From Armatimonadota bacterium (GTDB lineage: Bacteria > Armatimonadota > DTGP01 > JAHWJO01): a DNA stretch of 54,836 nucleotides. Of this stretch, positions 9,423-16,950 are shown piece by piece. Numbering within the stretch: the stretch's first letter is position 1; the number at the start of each line of letters is the position of its first letter. The position numbers and the translations under genes were made by a program. The notes below the pieces were generated by a model. It saw only the letters and a list, made by a program, of their open reading frames with translations, searched no databases and was not told the origin of the DNA. The DNA is taken from assembly GCA_038240635.1 (NCBI GenBank), contig JBBRGS010000002.1, positions 1 through 54,836 of the forward strand, read 5' to 3'.

Positions 9423-10769
9423 ATGGAACGTCCCCGCTCCACGAGCGCCCCCGCCGAACGGATTCCGCCGACGTTTCATCTGCCGCGCTGGACCCGGCGA
9501 TCCCTCATCGTGAACGGCATCGCCGGAGGTCTGACCTGGGCGGCGTCTCAGGCATGGCCCGCAGCCGAGCGCTCGGCGGTGTCGCATCTCGCCCTGGAAA
9601 CGGGCCACGAGGAGGGGAACGTCGTCGTCGTGCTGTTCCTGCGAGGTGGAGTGGACGGCCTGAACGTCGTGATCCCCCACGCCGAGGACGCCTACTTTCG
9701 GGCCAGGCCCAACCTCGCGCTGGGCGCCCCGAAAGGCTCCGTGAAGGACCCGAAAAGTCGCGTCCTGGACCTCGATGGCTTCTTCGGGCTGCACCCGGCT
9801 CTTGCGCCGCTGCTGCCGCTCTATCGCGAGGGGGAGCTGGGGGTCCTCCACGCGGTCGGCTCCAACGACGAGTCGCGGTCGCATTTTGAGGCGATGACGG
9901 CGATGGAGCGCGGCCTGGCCCAAAACGGCGCCGGTCCCGCCAGCGGCTGGCTGGCCCGTCACCTGATGACGAAGCGGCGGGCCACCGAGTCGCCGTTGCG
10001 GGCGGTGGCGTTCAGCGGCGGCCTGCCCGATTCGCTGCGCGGCTCAACAGACGCTGTCGCCATGCTCTCCCTGACGGATTACCGCATCACCTTCCCCGAA
10101 GCGATGGCGGACGGGGATGCGTGGAAACGCGCGCTTTCCGGCCTCTATGGCGCCCAGGGGGACGCGGTGGCGGTGGCCGGCCAGGAGACGCTGGACACCC
10201 TGCGGACGCTGGAGAAGATGGACGCGGCGCGCTACCGGCCCGCCCACGGCGCCGCATACCCGGACACGCCCCTGGGAACCGGGCTGAAGCAGGCTGCCTG
10301 CCTCATTAAGGGCCGCGTCGGGCTGGAAGTCGTTTGCCTCGATCAGGGCGGCTGGGACACCCACGTCGCGCAGGGGGTCTCCGAAGGGTGGCAGCCGAAT
10401 CTCATGGTGAATCTTGCGGGATCGCTGGCCGCGTTCCACAAGGACCTGGGACCCCTGAATTCGCGCGTCACCCTGCTGGCGATGACGGAGTTTGGGCGTC
10501 GCGTGCGGGAGAACACCGGCCTGGGCACCGACCACGGGCGCGGGAGCGTCGCGTTCCTCATGGGCGGCGGCGTGAACGGAGGCCGGGTGGTGGCGCGGTG
10601 GCCCGGCCTCAGCGAGGAGCGCCTGGAGCCGCCCGGAGACCTGCGCGTCACGACCGATTACCGGGAGGTTCTGGCGGAACTCCTCGCGGCGCGGCTTGCC
10701 AACTCGCGCGTGACCGAGGTGTTCCCCGGCTTCACTCCGCGACCCCTGGGGCTGTTCGGCCCGGCCTGA
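9423..10769 (+). CDS. DUF1501 family protein (sulfatase-fold), Tat signal
   Basis: ORF 9360-10769 trimmed to the ATG at 9423. RWTRRSLIVNGIAGGL..AWPA is a Tat-like leader. Blocks GGWDTH and TEFGRRVRENTGLGTDHGRGSVAFLMGGGVNGG. DUF1800/DUF1501 genes are a common pair. Confidence 0.8.
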   Translation: MERPRSTSAPAERIPPTFHLPRWTRRSLIVNGIAGGLTWAASQAWPAAERSAVSHLALETGHEEGNVVVVLFLRGGVDGLNVVIPHAEDAYFRARPNLALGAPKGSVKDPKSRVLDLDGFFGLHPALAPLLPLYREGELGVLHAVGSNDESRSHFEAMTAMERGLAQNGAGPASGWLARHLMTKRRATESPLRAVAFSGGLPDSLRGSTDAVAMLSLTDYRITFPEAMADGDAWKRALSGLYGAQGDAVAVAGQETLDTLRTLEKMDAARYRPAHGAAYPDTPLGTGLKQAACLIKGRVGLEVVCLDQGGWDTHVAQGVSEGWQPNLMVNLAGSLAAFHKDLGPLNSRVTLLAMTEFGRRVRENTGLGTDHGRGSVAFLMGGGVNGGRVVARWPGLSEERLEPPGDLRVTTDYREVLAELLAARLANSRVTEVFPGFTPRPLGLFGPA

Positions 10770-10879
10770 ACGTCTCCCGAAACGATCCCAGGCGACGCGC
10801 AGGCCCGGCTATGGTCCGCCTTCTTACGGGCGGGCATCTTCTGATTCACCCGGTAGAGTGACCGCTTCAGAGGCGGGTG

Positions 10880-12925
10880 TCAGGCGTTAGGCGCTTTCTC
10901 CTTCACCAGCGGGGTGTAGCCCAGTTTCGGCTCGATCACCTCCTCGCGGAGGCGGTTCACGGCGTCCGGCGTCACGTGGCTGTACAGTTCGCCGTCAATT
11001 TCCACGGACGGCCCGCCGCCGCAATTCTCGAAGCAGAAGGTCGCCCGCACATCCAGGCGGTCGCTGTAGCCGAGCCGGTCGGCCTGATCCATCAGCCGAT
11101 GCAGCGTGTCGTAGGAGCCTTTGAGGTAGCAGCCAGTCCCCACGCAAACCTTCACGGCGACCATGTTGGGGTCGTGGCTCTCATTGACTCCGATGGTTTC
11201 GTTCGCCCGTCGCCGCCGGTGGCTGTAGGAGGTGTGCAGCAGTTCGTGGGCGGTGTGGCTGTTCGGCTCATCCAGCCATTTCCGGTACGCTTCCTGCACG
11301 AAGGGGTTGTCCGCCGCGTTTCGGAACGCCTGCACCCGGTCACAGTCGTACAGCGCCTTCCGACGCCGTTCGCGGGCGGCCATGTCGTTAGGCAGCGGCT
11401 GCCCCCCTCCGCCGATGCACCCGCCCCGGCACGACATCACCTCCACAATGTCGTAGTCGGAGTCGCCGCTCTTCACGCGCTCCATCAATTGCCGCGCGTT
11501 CTCCAGCCCGTTAACCACGGCCAGCTTCACCACGCGGTCGTTCACGGTGACCTGGGCTTCCTTCAGGCCGTCCATGCCGCGCACGTCGTGGAAGTCAATT
11601 GAGTTGCGGTTCTTCGGGTCGCTTCCCAGGGTCGCCAGTCGCAGCACGGCTTCCGCCACGCCGCCCGTCGCGCCGAAGATGACGCCCGCGCCGGTCTTCA
11701 TCCCGAACGGCATATCGAGCGCTTCCGGGGCGAGGTCGGCGAAGCGTATCCCTGCCTGCTCAATCATGCGAATAATCTCCTGGGTCGTCAGCACGAGGTC
11801 CACATCCGGCGTCCCCTCGGTGGCGAATTCCGGCCTCGCCGCCTCGAACTTCTTCGCGGTGCATGGCATGATGGAGACGACGACCAGCGCCTCCGACGCG
11901 ACGCCGAGTTCATCCGGCAGATGCTTCTTCGCCAGCGCCCCGAACATCTGCTGCGGGCTGCGGCACGTGGAAAGATTGTCGAGGTAATCCGGGAACGACT
12001 GCTCGGCGTACTTCACCCAGGCGGGACAGCAACTGGTGAACTGAGGCAGACGCTCGCCGGTCGCCAGCCGCTTCAGGAACTCCGTGCCCTCTTCCACCGT
12101 CGTCAGGTCCGCCGCGAACGAGGTGTCGTACACCTTGTTGAATCCGAGGCGTCGCAGGGCGGCGGCCAATTTGCCCATCGCCACTTCGCCGTCCAGGACT
12201 CCAAACGTCTCGCCAACCGCCGCGCGCACCGCCGGAGCCACCTGGGCCACGACGGTTTTGCCGGTGTCGTACAGCAGTTCCCATGCGCGATTGGTCTCGT
12301 TCTTCACGGTGAGGGCGCCGGTGGGGCACGTGGAGACGCACTGGCCGCACTGCACGCACTCCACTTCGGCCATCGGCTTGCCGAACGCGGCGTTCACCGT
12401 CACGTCCCAGCCGCGTCCGCTGAAGTCGAGCACGCCCAGGCCCTGCACCTCGCGGCACATTCGCACGCAGTCGCCGCACAGGATGCACTTGCCGGGATCG
12501 CGCACGAGTGAGGGCGTCGACTCATCCAATTCGTGGGTGAACTCCGGCTTCGGGAACCGTATCTCCCGCACGCCGAGCTGCTGCGCCAGCGTCTGAAGGC
12601 GGCACTGGCCGTTTTTGCTGCAGGTGGGGCAATCGCCGCAATGGTTGGAGAGGAGCAGTTCCAACGCCATGCGGCGGATGCGGAGGGTCTTCTCCGTGGT
12701 GGTCCGCAGGACCATGCCGGGTTCGGGAGGCAGCGAGCAGGTCGCCTGAAGCCCCTTTCCCTCAATTTCGCAGACGCACATCCGGCACGCCCCGTAGATG
12801 GAGAGCTCCGAATGGTAACAGAAGGTCGGCAGGTCAATCCCCGCCTTGCGGACCAGTTCGAGGACGTTGCGCTCGCCGTTGAGTTCGACCTGCACGCCGT
12901 CCACCGTCACGTGATTGGAATTCAT
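10880..12925 (-). CDS. hydA: [FeFe]-hydrogenase catalytic subunit HydA, with NuoG-like N-terminus and NuoE-like C-terminal 2Fe-2S domain
   Basis: H-cluster motifs FTSCCPAW (L1), MPCTAKKFE (L2) and EVMSCRGGCIGGGGQP (L3). The N-terminus has a 2Fe-2S Cys pattern (CYHSELSIYGACRMCVCE), HCGDCPTC, and two 4Fe-4S motifs (CILCGDCVRMC, CVQCGQCVSTCP). The C-terminus has VCVGTGCYLKG...FCFENCGGGP. Confidence 0.9.
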   Translation of the reverse strand: MNSNHVTVDGVQVELNGERNVLELVRKAGIDLPTFCYHSELSIYGACRMCVCEIEGKGLQATCSLPPEPGMVLRTTTEKTLRIRRMALELLLSNHCGDCPTCSKNGQCRLQTLAQQLGVREIRFPKPEFTHELDESTPSLVRDPGKCILCGDCVRMCREVQGLGVLDFSGRGWDVTVNAAFGKPMAEVECVQCGQCVSTCPTGALTVKNETNRAWELLYDTGKTVVAQVAPAVRAAVGETFGVLDGEVAMGKLAAALRRLGFNKVYDTSFAADLTTVEEGTEFLKRLATGERLPQFTSCCPAWVKYAEQSFPDYLDNLSTCRSPQQMFGALAKKHLPDELGVASEALVVVSIMPCTAKKFEAARPEFATEGTPDVDLVLTTQEIIRMIEQAGIRFADLAPEALDMPFGMKTGAGVIFGATGGVAEAVLRLATLGSDPKNRNSIDFHDVRGMDGLKEAQVTVNDRVVKLAVVNGLENARQLMERVKSGDSDYDIVEVMSCRGGCIGGGGQPLPNDMAARERRRKALYDCDRVQAFRNAADNPFVQEAYRKWLDEPNSHTAHELLHTSYSHRRRRANETIGVNESHDPNMVAVKVCVGTGCYLKGSYDTLHRLMDQADRLGYSDRLDVRATFCFENCGGGPSVEIDGELYSHVTPDAVNRLREEVIEPKLGYTPLVKEKAPNA

Positions 12926-12994
12926 CGCCTAAACTCCTGGGCGAAAGGGTGTGTGACCCCGCCCGTCGGGATTAGAAGGGAAGGAACGAGGGGA

Positions 12995-14890
12995 TCAACC
13001 CACCAGCACCGCGTTCAGGCGGCAGGCGTCGAAGCAGGCGCCGCACTTGATGCACTTCTCCTGATCAATGAGGTGCGGCTCCTTCACCGAGCCGGTGATA
13101 GCGTCCACCGGGCACTTCTTGCCACACAGACGGCACCCTTTGCACTTCGCCGCATCGATGGAGTAGTTCAGGAACGCCGCGCACTGTCCGGCGGGGCACC
13201 GCTTGTCCACCACGTGCGCCAGGTACTCGTCCCGGAAATGCTTCAGCGTGGAGAGAACCGGGTTCGGCGCCGTTTTACCCAGACCGCACAGCGACCCGTC
13301 GCGCACCGTTTCGGCCAGCTCTTCCAGCGTGGAGATGTCCTCAACCTTCCCATTTCCGGCGACGATCTTTTCCAGGATTTCGAGCATCCGCTTCGTGCCT
13401 TCGCGGCACAGGACGCACTTCCCGCACGACTCGCTCTGCGTGAACGTCATGAAGAAGCGAGCGACTTCCACCATGCAGGTGTCTTCATCCATCACGACGA
13501 GGCCACCGCTGCCGACCATCGCGCCGACGCTCCGCAGGGAGTCGTAATCAAGCGGCAGATCGAGATGTTGCGTCGTGAGGCAGCCACCGGACGGCCCGCC
13601 GATCTGCACAGTCTTCAATTGCTTGCCGCCGCGTATGCCGCCGCCGACCTTGTAGACCACGTCGCCGAGGGTCGTCCCCATCGGCACTTCGATGAGGCCG
13701 GTGTTCACGATGTCCCCGGTGATGGCGAACACCTTCGTCCCCGCCGACTTCTCGTTCCCGAAACTACGGTACCATTCGGCGCCGTTGCGGAGGATTTTGG
13801 GAATGTTGGCGAGCGTTTCCACGTTGTTCACGACGGTCGGCCTGCCCCACAGCCCTCCCTGGGCCGGGAACGGCGGCTTGGGCCGGGGCATCCCGCGCTG
13901 GCCTTCGATGGAGGCGATGAGGGCCGTCTCCTCGCCACAGACGAACGCGCCCGCGCCTTCCTTAATTTTGATGTGGAAGGAGAACGCCGTGCCGAGTATG
14001 CCGTCGCCGAGAAGATGAACTTCCTCCGCCTGCTGAATGGCGTGCCGGATGCGCCGCACCGCGAGCGGGTACTCCGCCCGGACATACACATATCCCTCGT
14101 CCGCGCCGATGGCGTATCCCGCGAGGACCATGCCTTCCAGCACGGCGTGAGGGTTGCCTTCCAGCACACTGCGGTCCATGAACGCGCCGGGATCGCCCTC
14201 ATCGGCGTTGCAGACGACATACTTCTTTTCGCCGCGCACCTTATGGGTGATGTTCCACTTGACGCCGGTGGGGAATCCGCCACCGCCGCGCCCGCGCAGG
14301 CCGCTTTTCGTCACTTCATCAATGACGGTTTCGGGCGTCTGGTTGAAGAGGGAGTCGGCGAGAGCCTTGTAGCCGCTATGGGCGATGTACTGCCGGATAT
14401 CGGCGGGATCAATGAGGCCGCAGTCGTCCAGCGTGATGTTGACCTGGTGACGGTAGAAGGGGATGTCGCCGCGCCGGGCGTACGGCTCGCCGGAGTGGCG
14501 GTCCTTGTACATCAGCCGCTGGATAGGTTCGTTCCCCATGAGCGTCTTTTCGACGATTTCGGCGGCGTCGGCGGGCTTCACGCGCACGTAGAAGTAATCT
14601 TCGGGGAGGATGCGGACGATGGGGCCGACCTCGCAGAAGCCGGAGCAGCCGCTAAAGGTGAGGGAGAGGGCGTCCATCTCCGCTTCATCGAGGAGGTCCA
14701 CCCGCAGGGGGAGGTCGCGCTCTTCCACAGCGGCGAGGAGGGCTTCGTAGACGGCGCCACTGCCGTTGGAGTTGCAGCCGGTGCCGCCGCAGACGACCAC
14801 GCGGAGGGCATCGCTGTCGAGGACGGCGCTGGCTTGCTCGCGGAGAGTGTCGAGGGCTTCGGGGTGGAGAATGGGGGTGAGGGTCGTCAC
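12995..14890 (-). CDS. hydB: NuoF-like flavoprotein subunit HydB of the trimeric [FeFe]-hydrogenase
   Basis: N-terminal thioredoxin-like 2Fe-2S (VVCGGTGCNSNG...CSGFCEVGP). GRGGGGFPTGVKW is an NADH/FMN site. ESCGKCVLCREGT is a 4Fe-4S site. The C-terminus has 2x4Fe-4S (CKGCRLCGKKCP, CIKCGACFDAC). Confidence 0.9.
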   Translation of the reverse strand: MTTLTPILHPEALDTLREQASAVLDSDALRVVVCGGTGCNSNGSGAVYEALLAAVEERDLPLRVDLLDEAEMDALSLTFSGCSGFCEVGPIVRILPEDYFYVRVKPADAAEIVEKTLMGNEPIQRLMYKDRHSGEPYARRGDIPFYRHQVNITLDDCGLIDPADIRQYIAHSGYKALADSLFNQTPETVIDEVTKSGLRGRGGGGFPTGVKWNITHKVRGEKKYVVCNADEGDPGAFMDRSVLEGNPHAVLEGMVLAGYAIGADEGYVYVRAEYPLAVRRIRHAIQQAEEVHLLGDGILGTAFSFHIKIKEGAGAFVCGEETALIASIEGQRGMPRPKPPFPAQGGLWGRPTVVNNVETLANIPKILRNGAEWYRSFGNEKSAGTKVFAITGDIVNTGLIEVPMGTTLGDVVYKVGGGIRGGKQLKTVQIGGPSGGCLTTQHLDLPLDYDSLRSVGAMVGSGGLVVMDEDTCMVEVARFFMTFTQSESCGKCVLCREGTKRMLEILEKIVAGNGKVEDISTLEELAETVRDGSLCGLGKTAPNPVLSTLKHFRDEYLAHVVDKRCPAGQCAAFLNYSIDAAKCKGCRLCGKKCPVDAITGSVKEPHLIDQEKCIKCGACFDACRLNAVLVG

Positions 14891-15420
14891 AGGTCCTCCT
14901 CCTGCTCGCGGGCGTCAATCTCGTTGATGAGTTTCACGAGGCGTTCGCCGGTCATTTGCCCATACACCTGCTCATCCACCACCACGGCGGGAGCGAGCGC
15001 GCACGCGCCGATGCAGTTCACCACTTCGAGGGTGTACAACTGGTCAACGGTCGTCTTTTCCTTCCCTTTCAGGCGAAGGCGCTTGCGGATCGATTCGATG
15101 AGAGCGCGATTGTCGCGGACGTGGCAGGCGGTGCCGTCGCAGACGCGGACGACGTGCTTGCCCTTGGGCTCCAGCGAGAATTGGGCGTAAAAGGTCGCCA
15201 CGCCGCAGACGGTCGCGGGAGAGATGCGCAAGGCGGTGGAGATGTAGGCAAGAATTTCCTGGGGGAGGTACCGGTATTCGTCCTGGACGCGCTGGAGGAT
15301 CGGGATGAGGGCGCTTTCGGTGGCGCCACACTCCTGAATGATCTCCTGCACACGCGCAAAGCTGCGATCCGCCTTCATGGGGCGTTCGACGGTCAGTTGA
15401 GACACCGCGGCGTTCTCCAA
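14887..15420 (-). CDS. hydC: NuoE-like 2Fe-2S subunit HydC
   Basis: 177 aa. RVCDGTACHV and NCIGACALAPAVVVD Cys motifs. Its stop overlaps the hydB start by 4 nt. Confidence 0.85.
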   Translation of the reverse strand: MENAAVSQLTVERPMKADRSFARVQEIIQECGATESALIPILQRVQDEYRYLPQEILAYISTALRISPATVCGVATFYAQFSLEPKGKHVVRVCDGTACHVRDNRALIESIRKRLRLKGKEKTTVDQLYTLEVVNCIGACALAPAVVVDEQVYGQMTGERLVKLINEIDAREQEEDL

Positions 15421-15480
15421 ACGGGCTGAATGAGGAAGCAGAGAGAACCGTCGGAGTCGAACGCCGGATGGAGAAGCGCG

Positions 15481-16152
15481 TTACGGGTCTGGGGACTTGC
15501 GCTTCGGCTCCGTAACGACGGAGGGGGCGGGGCGGTCCCGACGGGAGGATTTCATTAAGTAGGAGAGGGTCATGAGACCCTGTTCCAGGCGTTGATTTTC
15601 GATGATGACAGACGGGGGCGCCTGAAGGTCCACCGGCGCGAAGTTCCAGATGGCCTGAATCCCGGCGGCGACCAGCATGCTCGTGACGGTTTGCGCCGCC
15701 GCCGAGGGGACGGTAAGGCAGGCGCAGGTGATGCCTTCGGTGCGGATGACGCCGTGCAGTTCGCGCACGTGTCGCACCGGCGTATCACCGACGTACTCGC
15801 CGACGATGCCTCGGTCGGAGTCGAAGATGGCGCGCAGGGCGAAGCCGCCGTGGCACCAGATTCGGCTGTGGGCGAGGGCGCGGCCCATGTTGCCGTACCC
15901 GACGAGGCACATCCCTTTCTCCGTCATCAGGTCCAGGTCGGCGTAGAGGAGGATTTCGAGTTCGGCGAGGTCGTAGCCGGTTCGAGGTTTGCCCTGGATG
16001 TGGAGGCGGGTGAAGTCCTGACGGACGCGGCTGGCGGAGAGGCCGACGACCGAGGCGAGTTCCTCGCTGGTGACGCGCGTCTGGCCGCGGGCTTTGAGTT
16101 CCGCCAGGTACATCAGGTAGCTTTCCAGCCGGAAGATATGGGCGCGTTCCAT
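15481..16152 (-). CDS. rex: Redox-sensing transcriptional repressor Rex
   Basis: ORF 15481-16173 trimmed to the ATG at 16152 (GGAGG lies 7 nt upstream). Has a winged-helix N-terminus (RLESYLMYL...TSEELA..VG.SASRVRQDF) and a Rossmann motif (VGYGNMGRAL). Confidence 0.85.
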   Translation of the reverse strand: MERAHIFRLESYLMYLAELKARGQTRVTSEELASVVGLSASRVRQDFTRLHIQGKPRTGYDLAELEILLYADLDLMTEKGMCLVGYGNMGRALAHSRIWCHGGFALRAIFDSDRGIVGEYVGDTPVRHVRELHGVIRTEGITCACLTVPSAAAQTVTSMLVAAGIQAIWNFAPVDLQAPPSVIIENQRLEQGLMTLSYLMKSSRRDRPAPSVVTEPKRKSPDP

Positions 16153-16173
16153 GATCAGGCCTCCGGTGGGCAA

Positions 16174-16191
16174 TCGTTAATCCTCTAACGA
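16174..16191. promoter_or_regulatory. Candidate Rex operator (TCGTTAA-tcct-CTAACGA)
   Basis: 18-nt inverted repeat with 6-bp perfect arms (TCGTTA/TAACGA). It matches the TTGTTAA-N4-TTAACAA Rex-box variant at 11 of 14 positions. It sits between the -10 box and the RBS of rex. Confidence 0.45.
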
Positions 16192-16200
16192 CTACGCCAC

Positions 16201-16229
16201 ATTATACCGCACGGTGTACGAGGTGGGAA
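16201..16229 (-). promoter_or_regulatory. Putative sigma70-type promoter of rex-hydCBA
   Basis: Minus strand reads TTCCCA - 17 nt - TATAAT. The -10 is the reverse complement of 16201-16206 and the -35 is the reverse complement of 16224-16229. It lies about 50 nt upstream of the rex ATG. Confidence 0.4.
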
Positions 16230-16287
16230 GACTTCGCGGAGAAATTAGCGAGATTTCCGGCGGAACTTCGAGAGGGAACTCGAATGA

Positions 16288-16937
16288 GGGTCAACCTCCA
16301 ACGCAGAGCGCGCAGAGGACGCAGAGAACCCCCTGGGGACTGAGGGGACTGAGGGGACTGAAGGGACTGAAGGGAGAGCGCTCAGAAGTCCGGGCGGTTG
16401 AAACCGCTGCAACAACTACACGAAACCCGCCTGCGCGGGTTAGGGGGGGGTGCTGCGCAAGTTAGGGAGGGGTTGCTGTTTGGGTTATGGGGGGTTGCTG
16501 CGCAAGTTAGGGAGAGGTTGCTGCGCGGGTTAGGGGGTCCCTGCGCGGGTTCGGGGGTCCCTGCGCGGGTTCGGGGGTCCCTGCGCGGGTTCGGGGGTCC
16601 CTGCGCGGGTTCGGGGGTCCCTGCGCGGGTTCGGGGGTCCCTGCGCGGGTTCGGGGAGCAATGATGGGATATAAGAATATGGCTGTCCACTGGCCCCTCT
16701 CCTGTGGGAGAGGGGTGGCCGAAGGCCGGGGTGAGGTAGGGTTATCGCTCATGGACGGAAGGCTTCGGCAGGGCGGGAGTCGGCGAAGGCCGACTTTGTG
16801 GGGTCGTTGCAGCGGTTATAACCGCCCGGACTTCTGAGCGCTCTCCCCTCAGCCCCCACCTTCCCCTCAGTCCCCTGAGTCTCTTCAGTCCCCAGGGGGT
16901 TCGCGTCCTCTGAGCGCTCTGCGTTGGAGGTTGACCC
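16288..16937. repeat. Foldback (long terminal inverted repeat, MITE-like) element, copy 1
   Basis: 16288-16308 is the exact reverse complement of 16917-16937. The arms (16288-16413 and 16806-16937) are largely complementary and contain 9-mer GGGGACTGA repeats. There is a homologous copy at 30395-30847. No credible ORF. Confidence 0.8.
16431..16656. repeat. Tandem array of 11 units of 20-23 nt (ctgcgcgggtt[a/c]ggggg..)
   Basis: Five perfect 20-mers at 16541, 16561, 16581, 16601 and 16621. There is a near-identical copy at 16521, a partial copy at 16641 and four degenerate units from 16431. The period is not a multiple of 3. Confidence 0.9.
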
Positions 16938-16950
16938 TGGCGGTTGATCC

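Noticed and set aside
10770-10879. Intrinsic terminators between the convergent DUF1501 and hydA genes
   Set aside because: Only short 4-5-bp GC stems (for example CCGCC...GGCGG) are present, with no convincing U-tract. This is too weak to call.
12533-15190. 885-aa plus-strand ORF
   Set aside because: It is antisense to hydA, hydB and hydC, which carry unambiguous cofactor motifs. It is a shadow ORF.
15421-15480. Separate promoter or Rex box between rex and hydC
   Set aside because: No inverted repeat or -10/-35-like hexamers are visible in the 60-nt gap. The simplest reading is co-transcription from the rex promoter.
16431-16656. Possible CRISPR array
   Set aside because: The units are directly adjacent with no unique spacers, they are only 20-23 nt long, and there are no cas genes in the window.
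16382-16752. ORFs 16382-16690, 16398-16664 and 16507-16752 with repetitive PNPRRDPRTRAGTPEPAQGP-type translations
   Set aside because: They are generated by the 20-nt tandem array. The period is not a multiple of 3, similar ORFs appear on both strands, and there is no start context.
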